A stretch of 64,000 nt of DNA from Bacteroidales bacterium (GCA_021738535.1 JAIPBU010000001.1:70220-134219), one strand, 5' to 3'; shown: positions 49,281 through 59,945, numbered from the stretch's first letter. Notes: a model not told the origin generated them from the sequence alone. Numbers and translations: made by a program.

Positions 49281-50642
49281 ATGGGGATCGAAACTGTCAA
49301 CAAGGATAAGAAAAAATCACCCGGATTTATTAGCAGCCAGTTATCAAAATGTGATAATGTTACTGCATATATGTTTGCGATACTGTTTATTACAGTACTG
49401 GCAGCACTTGTAACACTAATCCTTAGATACTGGCTCGTCAGTCTGATCCTGATCGCTGTATCACTAATGCTTGCCATATATATATTCTCAAAACTTAACA
49501 TAAGAATACTTAAAGCCGGGGATGAGATTAAAGAACTCCGGGAGTCTATTGAGAAAAAAGATAGTTATATATCGGATTTTTCACACAGGATAAGAACCCC
49601 CCTTAATAACCTGCCGCTTATAAATGACCTGCTGAGCGAGCTTGATGTAAAGGAAAAACAGCGGGAATTGCTTGAAACACTTATCTCCTCAACCAACAAT
49701 ATGATTTCCGCCCTTAACCAGCTTACCATGAGATCAGCCGGAGAGGTATCAATTCAACCAAGGTCAAATATTCGTTTTGATCTGAAGAAAACAATTGAGG
49801 GTACCATCGAGTTACTTGACCTGGAATCCGAGAACAATATTAATATCAGTCTTTCAATAGATGAAGGCTTAAACAAGGAGTACCTTGGAGATCCCATAGC
49901 AATAAAACAAATACTTATTGATATACTGAGCATCTGGTTAAAAATCACGGATAAAGAAACTGTTGATATTAATATAGCCCTGGAGATAAAGCACCGGGAC
50001 AAAGCAAATGATGTGGTTGAATTTACTGTTGATGTTGATAACAGCTCTCTGCGTTCCGGAGCCATTATTAATGCAGAGATGCTGGAGAAAAGGCTTTCCG
50101 GGAAAATAATTAACCTGATGCAAGGTAAATATTCATGCAGGGAGAATGCTGGCAGGCCGGGAATTCTATTCACACTTTCTCTTACGCGGGCAGAAGAGAA
50201 AGCAGAAATATCAGATGTTGGAAAAAAGATCCGCAGGCTTGACACCTATACCCGTAAGAAAAAGGATCTTTCAGAGGCAAATGTACTGCTTGTTGAAGAT
50301 AACATAGCCAATCAGAAAATAGTTACTATCTCCCTGGGGCCTAAAGTTAAAAATATTGACACTGCTGTAAGCGGGAAAGAAGCGCTTGACATGTTCGGAA
50401 CATCAAACTATGATATTATACTTATGGATATTCAACTACCTGTAATGGATGGCATAACCGTAAGTAAAAAGATCCGGGAGATTGAGTCCAGCACCAGTAA
50501 ACATACACCGATTATTGCAATTACAGCCAATGCAATGATAGGAGATAAAGAAAAATGCCTGTCGGCCGGGATAGACGATTACCTCAGTAAACCTTTCCAG
50601 CCAAAAAGTCTGCATGATATGATCAGCTATTATATATCTTAA
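49281..50642 (+). CDS. Hybrid sensor histidine kinase / response regulator with a degenerate ATPase domain
   Basis: 453 aa with two N-terminal TM helices and a HisKA H-box FSHRIRTPLN. The HATPase-like region lacks recognisable N, G1 and G2 boxes. The receiver domain is intact (LLVEDN, LMDIQLPVMDG, AITA, SKP). Confidence 0.8.
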   Translation: MGIETVNKDKKKSPGFISSQLSKCDNVTAYMFAILFITVLAALVTLILRYWLVSLILIAVSLMLAIYIFSKLNIRILKAGDEIKELRESIEKKDSYISDFSHRIRTPLNNLPLINDLLSELDVKEKQRELLETLISSTNNMISALNQLTMRSAGEVSIQPRSNIRFDLKKTIEGTIELLDLESENNINISLSIDEGLNKEYLGDPIAIKQILIDILSIWLKITDKETVDINIALEIKHRDKANDVVEFTVDVDNSSLRSGAIINAEMLEKRLSGKIINLMQGKYSCRENAGRPGILFTLSLTRAEEKAEISDVGKKIRRLDTYTRKKKDLSEANVLLVEDNIANQKIVTISLGPKVKNIDTAVSGKEALDMFGTSNYDIILMDIQLPVMDGITVSKKIREIESSTSKHTPIIAITANAMIGDKEKCLSAGIDDYLSKPFQPKSLHDMISYYIS

Positions 50643-51634
50643 TCCTGCTTTTTTATTTTCGGGCTTATTCCTATTACCATCATATCATCAACCTGTTCCT
50701 CGTCCTTACTCCAGTTAGTAATAGAGTCCTCGATAATGGCTTTCTGGTCTTCCATTGGAAATTTGTGAATGGTAAGAAGCAGGTGCCTGAACCTCCTGTA
50801 CATGAATTTTTTATTGTTAGGCCCGCCAAACTGATCAGCATATCCATCAGAGAACATATAAATAATATCCCCGTTCATGACCCTGGTACGGTTGTCTTTG
50901 AAAGATGACTCAAGCGGGATGCCAAGTGATTGCCTGTCTCCCTTTATCTCGGTAAGCTTATTATCACGAATAATATAGAGGGGGAAAAAGGCGCCTGCAA
51001 ACTGCAGCTCACCTGTGAGCTCATTGATGGAACAAAGTCCGATATCCATTCCGTCCTTAAGAAGGCTGTCGCTATCAATGTGTCCACCGAAAGTACGTGC
51101 AATACCCTTACCCAGTATTTCCAGTATCTCAGAAGGCTTATTTACTTCCTGGTCAAGAATAATTTTATTAAGCAGTTCCACTCCTATCATAGACATAAAG
51201 GCACCGGGTACACCGTGGCCTGTACAATCTGCAGCAACAATAAAGATCATGTTATCTTTCTTGTCCACCCAGTAAAAATCTCCGCTGACAATATCCTTGG
51301 GCTTATAAAATATAAATGATTCAGGAAGAATACTCCTGAAAAAATCCTGTGAGGGTAATAGCGCCTCCTGCATATAACTGGCATAAACAAGGCTGTCCGT
51401 AATATTTCTATTCTTGAGCTCAAGCTCCTCCCTCTGCCTTGCTATCTTTTCATATGCCGTTTCTTTGTCACGCAGAAGTTTTCTTGTTTTGACAAGTGAG
51501 CTTTTCTGGTACCTGACTACTAAGTAAACTATGATTAACAGCAGTATAAAGTAAACCAGGTAATGATAGATACTGTTTCCAAGTATTTCTATACCCTCCG
51601 TGTTTGCAATATTCTGTGTAACTATATCAACCAA
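50639..51634 (-). CDS. PP2C-family (SpoIIE/RsbU-type) serine phosphatase with N-terminal TM helix
   Basis: 331 aa with a PP2C core (SGDFYWV, ADCTGHGVPGA, SDGYADQFG, QVDDMMVIG). The start is a TTG at 51634. No in-frame ATG lies upstream of the TM helix, and a TGA stop lies 4 codons upstream of the TTG. Confidence 0.8.
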   Translation of the reverse strand: MVDIVTQNIANTEGIEILGNSIYHYLVYFILLLIIVYLVVRYQKSSLVKTRKLLRDKETAYEKIARQREELELKNRNITDSLVYASYMQEALLPSQDFFRSILPESFIFYKPKDIVSGDFYWVDKKDNMIFIVAADCTGHGVPGAFMSMIGVELLNKIILDQEVNKPSEILEILGKGIARTFGGHIDSDSLLKDGMDIGLCSINELTGELQFAGAFFPLYIIRDNKLTEIKGDRQSLGIPLESSFKDNRTRVMNGDIIYMFSDGYADQFGGPNNKKFMYRRFRHLLLTIHKFPMEDQKAIIEDSITNWSKDEEQVDDMMVIGISPKIKKQD

Positions 51635-51727
51635 TTGTACTGAATATCAGGTTCAGACTAATTCTATCTGCTGTGACAGATAACATAGTAAAAATAAGGA
51701 AATATGGTGACCTGGCAATTTTTATAC

Positions 51728-53578
51728 TTACTTAACCGATGCTCCTTCACTTATTGAAAGTTCTTTTAGTTTTTCTGAAGGAGACTGTTTGAGTTCAGTA
51801 ATGCCTGTATTGCCGGACAGCATGTTTATCTTTTCTATTGTCTTATCATCAGAGACAACCACATTGGGCCATTCACGGCTGAAATTGTCTGACGGATGAC
51901 TCTTGGATGTTGCATCTATAAAAATATTCGTTCCCCTGATGGAAATATCTCTTGACGGATCAATATTTGATAAAACCTGCCATAAAAGGATATAATCATT
52001 CCCCAGGTCTACACTATGGTCAACTGCAATCAGCACCAGGCCCGAAACATCATAGTCCAGATCAAGCAGATGGCTGAAACGTGTACTATCCTTTGATATT
52101 CCGGCGAACACAACGGGCATTCCTTTAGATTTTTTCAGGCTGATCCTGTCTTTTAAAGGCTTAAATACTTTCAATAATGATTCTGACCTGAACCTGTCAT
52201 GTTTACGACCACCGGATTCTTCAGTGAACTTCAGGGTTGCGTCAATTCCCATTTTACCTCCGAAAGAATAAGTGTCAGAGGAATGATCAAGTATGTCAAG
52301 CGGCCCCCGTGTAAACAAAATATCCTTGTTTATGTCTGTATTCCTGAAAATCTTTTCTGCAACAGCATTGTAGTCTCTTATATCAATATCCTCACTCACA
52401 ACCACGATAAACTTGCTGAACATCATCTGGCCCGCACCTAAGAGTGAACTTATCACTTTCATTCCCTGGCCGGGGTAGGTCTTTTTTATTTTAACCAGTA
52501 CAAGGTTATGAGCTACTCCCTGAACAGGAAGGTGGAGATCGGTTATTTCGGGTTGCAGCGACAATTTTATGGGAGCCAGGAACAATTTCTCGGTTGCTTT
52601 ACCTATCCAGGCATCCTCCATGGGTGGAATGCCCACGATGGTTGCAGGATAAACGGCATTATTCCGGTGGGTAATGCATGTTACATGGAATGCCGGGAAC
52701 CAGTCGGCCAGGGAATAAAAACCGGTATGATCCCCGAAGGGACCTTCCCACACCGGCTTTTCTGAAGGGTCAACATAGCCTTCTATGACAATATCGGCAT
52801 CCTCCGGCACATAAAGATCGTTAGTAATACATTTCACCATTTTCACTTTCTGCTTCCTGAGGAATCCTGCAAGTATATATTCATCGATACCTTCTGGCAG
52901 CGGTGCCGTAGCAGCATAAGTATATACCGGATCACCTCCCAGCACAACGGATACGGGCATCTTTTTACCCTGCTCCTTCCATGCCCCGTAATGGACTGCC
53001 CCCGTTTTATGCCTGTGCCAGTGCATTGCCGTTGTATCCTTATCCAGAATCTGCATCCTGTACATTCCGGCATTAACCTCACCAGTTACGGGATGTTTTG
53101 TGTGAACCACCGGCAGTGTAATAAAGCGTCCGCCATCATGAGGCCAGCATTTCAGCACGGGGAGGATGCCCAGGTCAGGCTCCCTGACAATATTTTGCTG
53201 ACATCTGCCCTTCCTGCTAATCTTTTTTGGCATAAAAGAAGCTACTTTAGCCAGGCCGGGCAGCAGTTTAAGCTTTGAAGCAAGATTGCCGGCCGGAGTA
53301 CTGAACTGTTTGAATAACTCTTCAATGTCTTCACCAGCATCATCCAGGTTCTCTCTGCCAATGGCCATACTCATCCTTCTGTCAGAAGCGAACATATTTA
53401 TCAGCACCGGGAAGCCAGTGCCATTATTTTTGAAATATAATGCTTTATAACCTGCTTTAACAGCCCTGTCTGCCATCTCAGCAATCTCGAGGACAGGATC
53501 AACAAATTCATTGATCTCTTTAAGATCCTTATTGTTTTCAAGGGCGTTTTTAAAATCTCTCAGTCCGTTGTATGCCAT
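51728..53578 (-). CDS. ubiD: UbiD-family (menaquinone/ubiquinone biosynthesis-type) decarboxylase
   Basis: The start is set at the ATG at 53578 (MAYNGLRDFKNALENNKDLKEINEFVDP). UbiD-family blocks run throughout (GMYRMQ, HWHRHKTGA, GPFGDHTGFY). The 47-codon upstream extension in the track has no family features. Confidence 0.85.
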   Translation of the reverse strand: MAYNGLRDFKNALENNKDLKEINEFVDPVLEIAEMADRAVKAGYKALYFKNNGTGFPVLINMFASDRRMSMAIGRENLDDAGEDIEELFKQFSTPAGNLASKLKLLPGLAKVASFMPKKISRKGRCQQNIVREPDLGILPVLKCWPHDGGRFITLPVVHTKHPVTGEVNAGMYRMQILDKDTTAMHWHRHKTGAVHYGAWKEQGKKMPVSVVLGGDPVYTYAATAPLPEGIDEYILAGFLRKQKVKMVKCITNDLYVPEDADIVIEGYVDPSEKPVWEGPFGDHTGFYSLADWFPAFHVTCITHRNNAVYPATIVGIPPMEDAWIGKATEKLFLAPIKLSLQPEITDLHLPVQGVAHNLVLVKIKKTYPGQGMKVISSLLGAGQMMFSKFIVVVSEDIDIRDYNAVAEKIFRNTDINKDILFTRGPLDILDHSSDTYSFGGKMGIDATLKFTEESGGRKHDRFRSESLLKVFKPLKDRISLKKSKGMPVVFAGISKDSTRFSHLLDLDYDVSGLVLIAVDHSVDLGNDYILLWQVLSNIDPSRDISIRGTNIFIDATSKSHPSDNFSREWPNVVVSDDKTIEKINMLSGNTGITELKQSPSEKLKELSISEGASVK

Positions 53579-53593
53579 TGTAAGAAGTTTGTA

Positions 53594-53601
53594 CAAATAT
53601 A
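53594..53601 (-). promoter_or_regulatory. -7 promoter box candidate for ubiD
   Basis: The minus strand reads TATATTTG (TAnnTTTG consensus), ending 15 nt upstream of the ubiD ATG. I see no clear -33 TTTG. Confidence 0.4.
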
Positions 53602-53675
53602 CAAAGAGATAGGATATTGTGGCGATTGGTGGATTAACAGCGTAACCAGCTTCAATCTGCGTAATCAGTGTCTGT

Positions 53676-54089
53676 AAAACAAAAATGGGAACTACTCGTT
53701 TGAATAATTCCCATTTCACTGAAGTTTACCGAAGTAATCTCCAGTGCCAGGCTACTGTTATTGTGACCGGCTGTATTTTCGTAAGGCCTAAGCCTTTGAA
53801 AACACAACCCTGAGCCTTCCGGTAAAACCTGTTACAATGTTACCTTCCGGCTGCCCTTTCGAATACCCGAGGGCATTCTTCCGGGGCGCAGTGCCATAAT
53901 TGACCAAATCATCTAAAGAACGCTGGGCGGCTTTAGCGATTTTCCGGAATTCAGGCGAACCTGAGCTCCGGTCTGCGGCTCTTTCCGGAAGCAGACCCTG
54001 GAGCCTGTACGAAATGTCTTAAATCACAATTAAGCTCATCAAAACATTTCCTTCCTTCAGGAGCGGCCTTTTATCGCTCACCTGGTAAT
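53676..54089 (-). ncRNA. Unassigned structured RNA candidate (about 410 nt) between eno and ubiD
   Basis: Neither strand has an ORF of 60 aa or more. A consensus promoter lies at 54123-54092. A series of stable hairpins follows on the minus strand: 54079-54061, 54050-54011, 54004-53965, CAGG-UUCG-CCUG at 53963-53952, and an extended UUCG-capped hairpin at 53746-53717. A terminator follows, with a 9-bp stem (53716-53708 with 53691-53683) and UUUUUGUUUU. I saw no RNase P, tmRNA or SRP hallmark motifs. Confidence 0.45.
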
Positions 54090-54091
54090 AA

Positions 54092-54123
54092 CAAATATAT
54101 ACCACTATGTAAAAGCGGGCAAA
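54092..54123 (-). promoter_or_regulatory. Bacteroidota-type promoter driving the RNA candidate
   Basis: The minus strand reads TTTG (54123-54120), 20 nt, then TATATTTG (54099-54092). This is an exact match to the TTTG-N19-21-TAnnTTTG architecture. Confidence 0.55.
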
Positions 54124-54213
54124 TTTTCAGGGCTGTATATATCAACCAGGTTTTAACAGGTGTTATTAACAATTGTTAATACAAACTCACTCTCAATCTC
54201 TGCCCTCCGCAGC

Positions 54214-55494
<1,281 letters not shown>

Positions 55495-55533
55495 CTAAAT
55501 TCTGAAATTTAATATTAAACAAAGATGCAAGAT

Positions 55534-55574
55534 ACAAAAAAAGGGATAAAGAAATCCTGCATCCTTATCCCCTT
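55534..55574 (-). terminator. Intrinsic terminator after rplQ
   Basis: A 9-bp stem (55541-55549 with 55566-55574) is followed by UUUUUUUGU on the minus strand. Confidence 0.65.
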
Positions 55575-55592
55575 TCCTCTTACATCATATTA

Positions 55593-56306
55593 TTATTCTT
55601 TTTTATCTTCTTCTTTATCAGCCGCTTTATCACCTTCTTTTTTTTCTTCCTTCTCTTTAGCTTCAGCTTTTCCTTCTGTGGCTTTCTTTTCTGCCTCGGG
55701 TTCTTCTTTCACTTCAGTTTCAGGTTTTTCTTCTGAGGTTTTTGCTTCGCCTTTGCTTTCCTCTTGCACTTCAGTCTCAGCATTTTCCTCTCCTGCTTCT
55801 TTTTCTTCGGCTGTTTCAGCGGGAGTGGCATCTTCAGTTCCTGCAGCAACAGCTGTTGCGGCACTTGCTTCTCCTGTCTTCTTCTTACCTGAGCCCCTTC
55901 TCCTGCGGGTTGATTTGCCCTTCGCAGGCTTATCATCGAGCATATTCTCGTTATAATCGACAAGTTCGATAATACACATTTCCGCGTTATCGCCGAGGCG
56001 ATTACCTGTTTTGAGGATCCTTGTATACCCCCCGGGCCTCTGGATTACCTTAGGTGATATTTCCCTGAAAAGCTCTGAAAGGGCATATTTATTCCTCAGA
56101 TAACTAAAAACGACCCTTCTTGAATGAGTTGTATCGTTTTTTGATTTTGTGATCAAAGGTTCGATATATGATCTTAAGGCCTTTGCTTTGGCTGTTGTTG
56201 TTGTAATTCTCTTCTGCAGGATAAGTGATGATGCCATATTAGACAGCATTGCTTTCCTGTGGGTATTTGTTCTTCCCAGATGGTTAAAACCTTTTCTGTG
56301 TCGCAT
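55593..56306 (-). CDS. rplQ: 50S ribosomal protein L17 with a long charged C-terminal extension
   Basis: 237 aa. The L17 core ([21 protein letters not shown]...) is followed by a ~110-aa E/K/A/T-rich tail. Confidence 0.93.
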   Translation of the reverse strand: MRHRKGFNHLGRTNTHRKAMLSNMASSLILQKRITTTTAKAKALRSYIEPLITKSKNDTTHSRRVVFSYLRNKYALSELFREISPKVIQRPGGYTRILKTGNRLGDNAEMCIIELVDYNENMLDDKPAKGKSTRRRRGSGKKKTGEASAATAVAAGTEDATPAETAEEKEAGEENAETEVQEESKGEAKTSEEKPETEVKEEPEAEKKATEGKAEAKEKEEKKEGDKAADKEEDKKE

Positions 56307-56332
56307 TTCTCTATCTCCTTAGCGGTTTACAA

Positions 56333-57325
56333 TTATTCTTTATCCAGTTTGTACCTGCTAACATCCATTCCGAATGAAAGGCTCATTGATTCGAGCAGTT
56401 CATCAAGTTCGGTAAGTGACTTCTTACCGAAATTTCTGAACTTGAGCAGATCGTTTTTATTAAACTTGACCAGGTCGCCCAATGTATCAACCTCGGCTGC
56501 TTTCAGGCAGTTTAATGCCCTCACAGACAGGTCGAGATCGACCAGTTTGGTTTTAAGCAATTGCCTCATATGAAGTACTTCCTCATCAAACTCTTCATTA
56601 GCAAGTTTGTCTTCAGAATCGATTGTTATCTTATCATCTGAGAACAGCATGAAGTGATAGATAAGGATTTTAGCTGCTTCTTTGAGTGCATCTTTAGGAT
56701 GAACAGACCCGTCTGTATTAATTTCCAGAATCAGCTTTTCATAGTCAGTCTTCTGTTCCACCCTGTAGTTTTCAACTGCATACTTTACATTTTTTATGGG
56801 TGTAAAGATTGAATCCACGGCTATAAGTCCGAATTCTGCATCTACCGGTTGATTTTCATCAGCGGGCACATATCCTCTACCTTTAACGATACTTATTTCC
56901 ATCTGCAGTTTCACGTCTGTTTCCATTGAACAGATATGCTGATCAGGATTTAGTACTTCAAAACTGCTGAGGTAATTATTCAGGTCCCCGGCCTTAAATT
57001 CGTCCTGGCCGTTAATGGTAACAACGATCTTTTCACTGTCGACACCTTCTGTCAATTGTTTAAATCTTATCTGCTTCAGATTAAGTACAATATCAGTAAC
57101 ATCTTCAGTGACGCCTGTTATGGTAGAGAATTCATGATCGACCCCTTCAATTTTAACTGTTGCAATTGCGAATCCTTCAAGTGAGGAGAGCAAAATTCTT
57201 CTGAGGGCATTACCCACTGTAATACCGTAACCTGGTTCAAGGGGGCGGAATTCAAATTTACCATAATAGTTGTCCGCTTCAACCATTATTACCTTATCGG
57301 GCTTCTGGAATGCTAAAATGGCCAT
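56333..57325 (-). CDS. rpoA: DNA-directed RNA polymerase subunit alpha
   Basis: The start is set at the ATG at 57325 ([16 protein letters not shown]...), giving 330 aa. It has an alpha NTD and a CTD ([21 protein letters not shown]). The track's longer ORF runs into rpsD. Confidence 0.95.
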   Translation of the reverse strand: MAILAFQKPDKVIMVEADNYYGKFEFRPLEPGYGITVGNALRRILLSSLEGFAIATVKIEGVDHEFSTITGVTEDVTDIVLNLKQIRFKQLTEGVDSEKIVVTINGQDEFKAGDLNNYLSSFEVLNPDQHICSMETDVKLQMEISIVKGRGYVPADENQPVDAEFGLIAVDSIFTPIKNVKYAVENYRVEQKTDYEKLILEINTDGSVHPKDALKEAAKILIYHFMLFSDDKITIDSEDKLANEEFDEEVLHMRQLLKTKLVDLDLSVRALNCLKAAEVDTLGDLVKFNKNDLLKFRNFGKKSLTELDELLESMSLSFGMDVSRYKLDKE

Positions 57326-57344
57326 ATGTGTAATCTTAAATTTA

Positions 57345-57953
57345 TTACTTCGAGTATAATTCAATAATGGACTGTTCGTTAATATCTTCAGGTATGTCAG
57401 CACGTTCAGGAAGATTCATGAACTTACCTACCATCTGGGAGTCGTCCCATTCGAGCCATGAGAAGCTCAAATGTCTTTTTGAAGCAAGTGAATCGAGTAT
57501 AGCCTCCAGGGATTTAGATTTTTCCCTTACACCGACAATATCACCCGGTTTAACTTTAGCTGAGGGTATATTAACCACTTCACCGTTAACCGTGATATGC
57601 CTGTGTGAGACCATTTGCCTGGCTGCAGGTCTGCTTGGAGCAATTCCCATTCTGTAGACTACATTATCTAGTCTTGATTCGAGAAGCTGCAGCAGCACTT
57701 CACCTGTAACACCTTTACTTCTTGATGCCTCCTCAAAAAGGTTCCTGAACTGCTTTTCGAGCACACCGTAGGTATATTTGGCTTTTTGCTTTTCCTTAAG
57801 CTGTATGCCATATTCGGAAGTTTTCTTCCTTCTTCTTGTGTTTCCATGTTGTCCCGGAGGATAATTCTTCTTTTCAAGGTACTTATCAGTACCGAAAATT
57901 GGATCTCCGAACTTCCTGGCTATTTTTGATTTTGGTCCTCTGTATCTTGCCAT
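57345..57953 (-). CDS. rpsD: 30S ribosomal protein S4
   Basis: 202 aa starting [16 protein letters not shown], with an S4 RNA-binding domain. Confidence 0.97.
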   Translation of the reverse strand: MARYRGPKSKIARKFGDPIFGTDKYLEKKNYPPGQHGNTRRRKKTSEYGIQLKEKQKAKYTYGVLEKQFRNLFEEASRSKGVTGEVLLQLLESRLDNVVYRMGIAPSRPAARQMVSHRHITVNGEVVNIPSAKVKPGDIVGVREKSKSLEAILDSLASKRHLSFSWLEWDDSQMVGKFMNLPERADIPEDINEQSIIELYSK

Positions 57954-57993
57954 TGAACAAATATTTTAATATTCTGCTTATAAATTCTTTTAG

Positions 57994-58383
57994 TTATACT
58001 CTTCTCCTGTTAGGTGGACGGCATCCGTTATGAGGGATGGGGGTAACATCAACTATTTCTGCTACCTCAATACCATTGTTATGAATTGAACGTATAGCCG
58101 ATTCCCTGCCTGAGCCGGGACCTTTAACAAACACTTTAACCTTACGAAGTCCGAGGTCATAAGCAGTTTTGGCGCACTCTTCAGCTGCCATCTGGGCTGC
58201 ATAAGGAGTATTTTTCTTGGATCCCTTAAAACCCATTTTTCCTGCTGAGGCCCATGTTATCACCTGACCGGAACTATTGGTCAGCGATATTATGATATTA
58301 TTGAATGAAGAATGTATATGAGCCTGTCCTACAGGTTCAATCTTGACAACTCTTCTTCTTGATGCTCCGGTTTTCTTTGCCAT
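57994..58383 (-). CDS. rpsK: 30S ribosomal protein S11
   Basis: 129 aa with [17 protein letters not shown] and [13 protein letters not shown]. Confidence 0.97.
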   Translation of the reverse strand: MAKKTGASRRRVVKIEPVGQAHIHSSFNNIIISLTNSSGQVITWASAGKMGFKGSKKNTPYAAQMAAEECAKTAYDLGLRKVKVFVKGPGSGRESAIRSIHNNGIEVAEIVDVTPIPHNGCRPPNRRRV

Positions 58384-58390
58384 AATCTAT

Positions 58391-58768
58391 CTATTTAACA
58401 GCTTTCTTCTTGTTAGCAACGGTTTTCTTTCTGCCCTTACGTGTACGGGCATTATTTTTTGTGCTCTGACCTCTCACCGGCATACCTGATCTGTGCCTGA
58501 TACCCCTGTAGCAACCGATGTCCATCAGTCTTTTGATACTAAGTTGCACATCAGACCTGAGTTCACCTTCGAGGGTATACTCTTCATTAAGTACACGACG
58601 GATCCTGGTCAGTTCGTCATCGTTCCAGTCGTCAACCTTTTTCTCAAGGTCAACCTTGGCTTTTATCAATACTTCACGGGCTCGACTTCTGCCAACGCCG
58701 TAAATATATGTAAGGGCTATTTCGCCTCTTTTGTTCTTTGGTAAGTCTACGCCTACTATTCGTGCCAT
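58391..58768 (-). CDS. rpsM: 30S ribosomal protein S13
   Basis: 125 aa starting [26 protein letters not shown]. Confidence 0.97.
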   Translation of the reverse strand: MARIVGVDLPKNKRGEIALTYIYGVGRSRAREVLIKAKVDLEKKVDDWNDDELTRIRRVLNEEYTLEGELRSDVQLSIKRLMDIGCYRGIRHRSGMPVRGQSTKNNARTRKGRKKTVANKKKAVK

Positions 58769-58805
58769 ATACCTTTAATTAAAAATGTGTGCAAAGTTAA
58801 ATAAA

Positions 58806-58922
58806 TTATCCCTGTCTCTGTTTAAACTTGGGATTTTTCTTGTTTATCACGTACAAACGTCCTTTTCTCCTGACTACTTTGCAGTCAGCGCTGCGTTTTT
58901 TTACTGATGCTTTTACTTTCAT
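58806..58922 (-). CDS. rpmJ: 50S ribosomal protein L36
   Basis: I read this by hand, and it is below the ORF-track cutoff. It encodes [38 protein letters not shown], 38 aa. It sits between infA and rpsM as expected. Confidence 0.93.
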   Translation of the reverse strand: MKVKASVKKRSADCKVVRRKGRLYVINKKNPKFKQRQG

Positions 58923-58935
58923 CTCTGTACTCTCT

Positions 58936-59154
58936 TTATTTATACCTGAATGTTATTCTACCTTTTGTCAAATCATATGGCGACATTTCAACCTTTACCC
59001 TGTCGCCGGGCAATATTTTAATATAGTTCATTCTCATTTTTCCTGAGATATGAGCTGTTATTACGTGACCGTTTTCAAGCTCGACCCTGAACATCGCATT
59101 GGATAGAGCTTCAATTATTGTTCCGTCCTGTTCGATCGAAGGTTGTTTTGCCAT
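58936..59154 (-). CDS. infA: Translation initiation factor IF-1
   Basis: 72 aa with [30 protein letters not shown]... Confidence 0.97.
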   Translation of the reverse strand: MAKQPSIEQDGTIIEALSNAMFRVELENGHVITAHISGKMRMNYIKILPGDRVKVEMSPYDLTKGRITFRYK

Positions 59155-59155
59155 A

Positions 59156-59935
59156 CTATTTATTTTTCAAAATTTCTTCAATAAATTTATATGTTGTCAG
59201 TATATCTGCTTCTTTCTTACCAACTGCCACTGCGTATTCAAAATGTGCAGATGGTTTTCCGTCGGCTGTTTTTATTGTCCAGCCATCACTCATCTGCCGG
59301 ATATTCCTGACTCCCATATTTATCATTGGTTCGATACATATCACCAGTCCTTCTTTAAGCTTTGTACCCCTGCCTCTTTTGCCGTAATTAGGCACTTCGG
59401 GGGCTTCATGTAATCCTTTTCCCAGTCCGTGACCTACCAATTCACGAACCACCGAATATCCTCCGCTTTCAGCTTTATCCTGAACGGCCCGTGATATATC
59501 TCCAACCCTGTTACCTGAAACAGCCTGTTTAACTCCTTCCAGCAGCGACTGCCTTGTATATTCCATCAGTCTCTGCTTCTCAGGGCTCACCTCCCCGACC
59601 GGGAAGGTAAAAGCGCTGTCGCCATAGAACTCATTCAGTACAACTCCGCAGTCTATTGAGATGATATCTCCTTCTTTAAGTTCATAGTCTGAAGGTATAC
59701 CGTGTACCACCTCATCGTTTACTGATGTGCAGAGAGTTGCAGGGAAACCATTGTATCCTTTAAACCCGGGCACTGCATTGTGATCCCGAATAAATTCCTC
59801 GGCCACGCTATCCAGTTTTTTGGTAGTAACTCCCGGTTCAATTATCCTGGCCATTTCAGCCAGTATTTTAGACACAAGTATGTTACTTTCCCTGATAAGT
59901 TCAATCTGTTCTGCTGTTTTCAGGTGTAACATCAA
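59156..59935 (-). CDS. map: Type I methionyl aminopeptidase
   Basis: 259 aa with metal-ligand blocks ([17 protein letters not shown]). Confidence 0.95.
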   Translation of the reverse strand: MMLHLKTAEQIELIRESNILVSKILAEMARIIEPGVTTKKLDSVAEEFIRDHNAVPGFKGYNGFPATLCTSVNDEVVHGIPSDYELKEGDIISIDCGVVLNEFYGDSAFTFPVGEVSPEKQRLMEYTRQSLLEGVKQAVSGNRVGDISRAVQDKAESGGYSVVRELVGHGLGKGLHEAPEVPNYGKRGRGTKLKEGLVICIEPMINMGVRNIRQMSDGWTIKTADGKPSAHFEYAVAVGKKEADILTTYKFIEEILKNK

Positions 59936-59945
59936 AGAACGTTTT

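Noticed and set aside
49754-50245. 163-aa minus-strand ORF
   Set aside because: It is antisense to the hybrid histidine kinase and has a low-complexity S/I/F-rich sequence.
53579-53719. 47-codon N-terminal extension of the ubiD ORF
   Set aside because: The extension covers the terminator hairpin and the promoter box. The conserved UbiD N-terminus starts at the ATG at 53578.
53676-54089. Assigning the intergenic RNA candidate to RNase P RNA, tmRNA or SRP RNA
   Set aside because: The size would fit rnpB or ssrA, and the 5' part (ACCAGGUGAG...UCC-UGAA-GGAAGG) superficially resembles SRP helix 8. However, the invariant motifs are absent on both strands: GAGGAAAGUCC and ACAGAACCCGGCUUA for RNase P, a GGGG acceptor end with a matching ...CCACCA 3' end and a tag ORF for tmRNA, and the AGG/AGCA symmetric loop for SRP. 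I left it unassigned.
55525-55972. Plus-strand ORFs of 143 aa and 76 aa, plus an 84-aa minus-strand alternative frame, inside the L17 tail region
   Set aside because: They are antisense or alternate-frame products of the GA-rich low-complexity rplQ tail and show no independent signals.
57326-57403. 26-codon N-terminal extension of the rpoA ORF
   Set aside because: It runs into the rpsD 3' end. The canonical alpha-subunit N-terminus ([11 protein letters not shown]) starts at 57325.
57954-57993. Possible S4 (rpsD) autoregulatory leader between rpsK and rpsD
   Set aside because: The spacer is only 40 nt and I could not see a convincing structure by eye. Any leader would have to extend into rpsK. 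A covariance-model scan is needed, so I make no claim.
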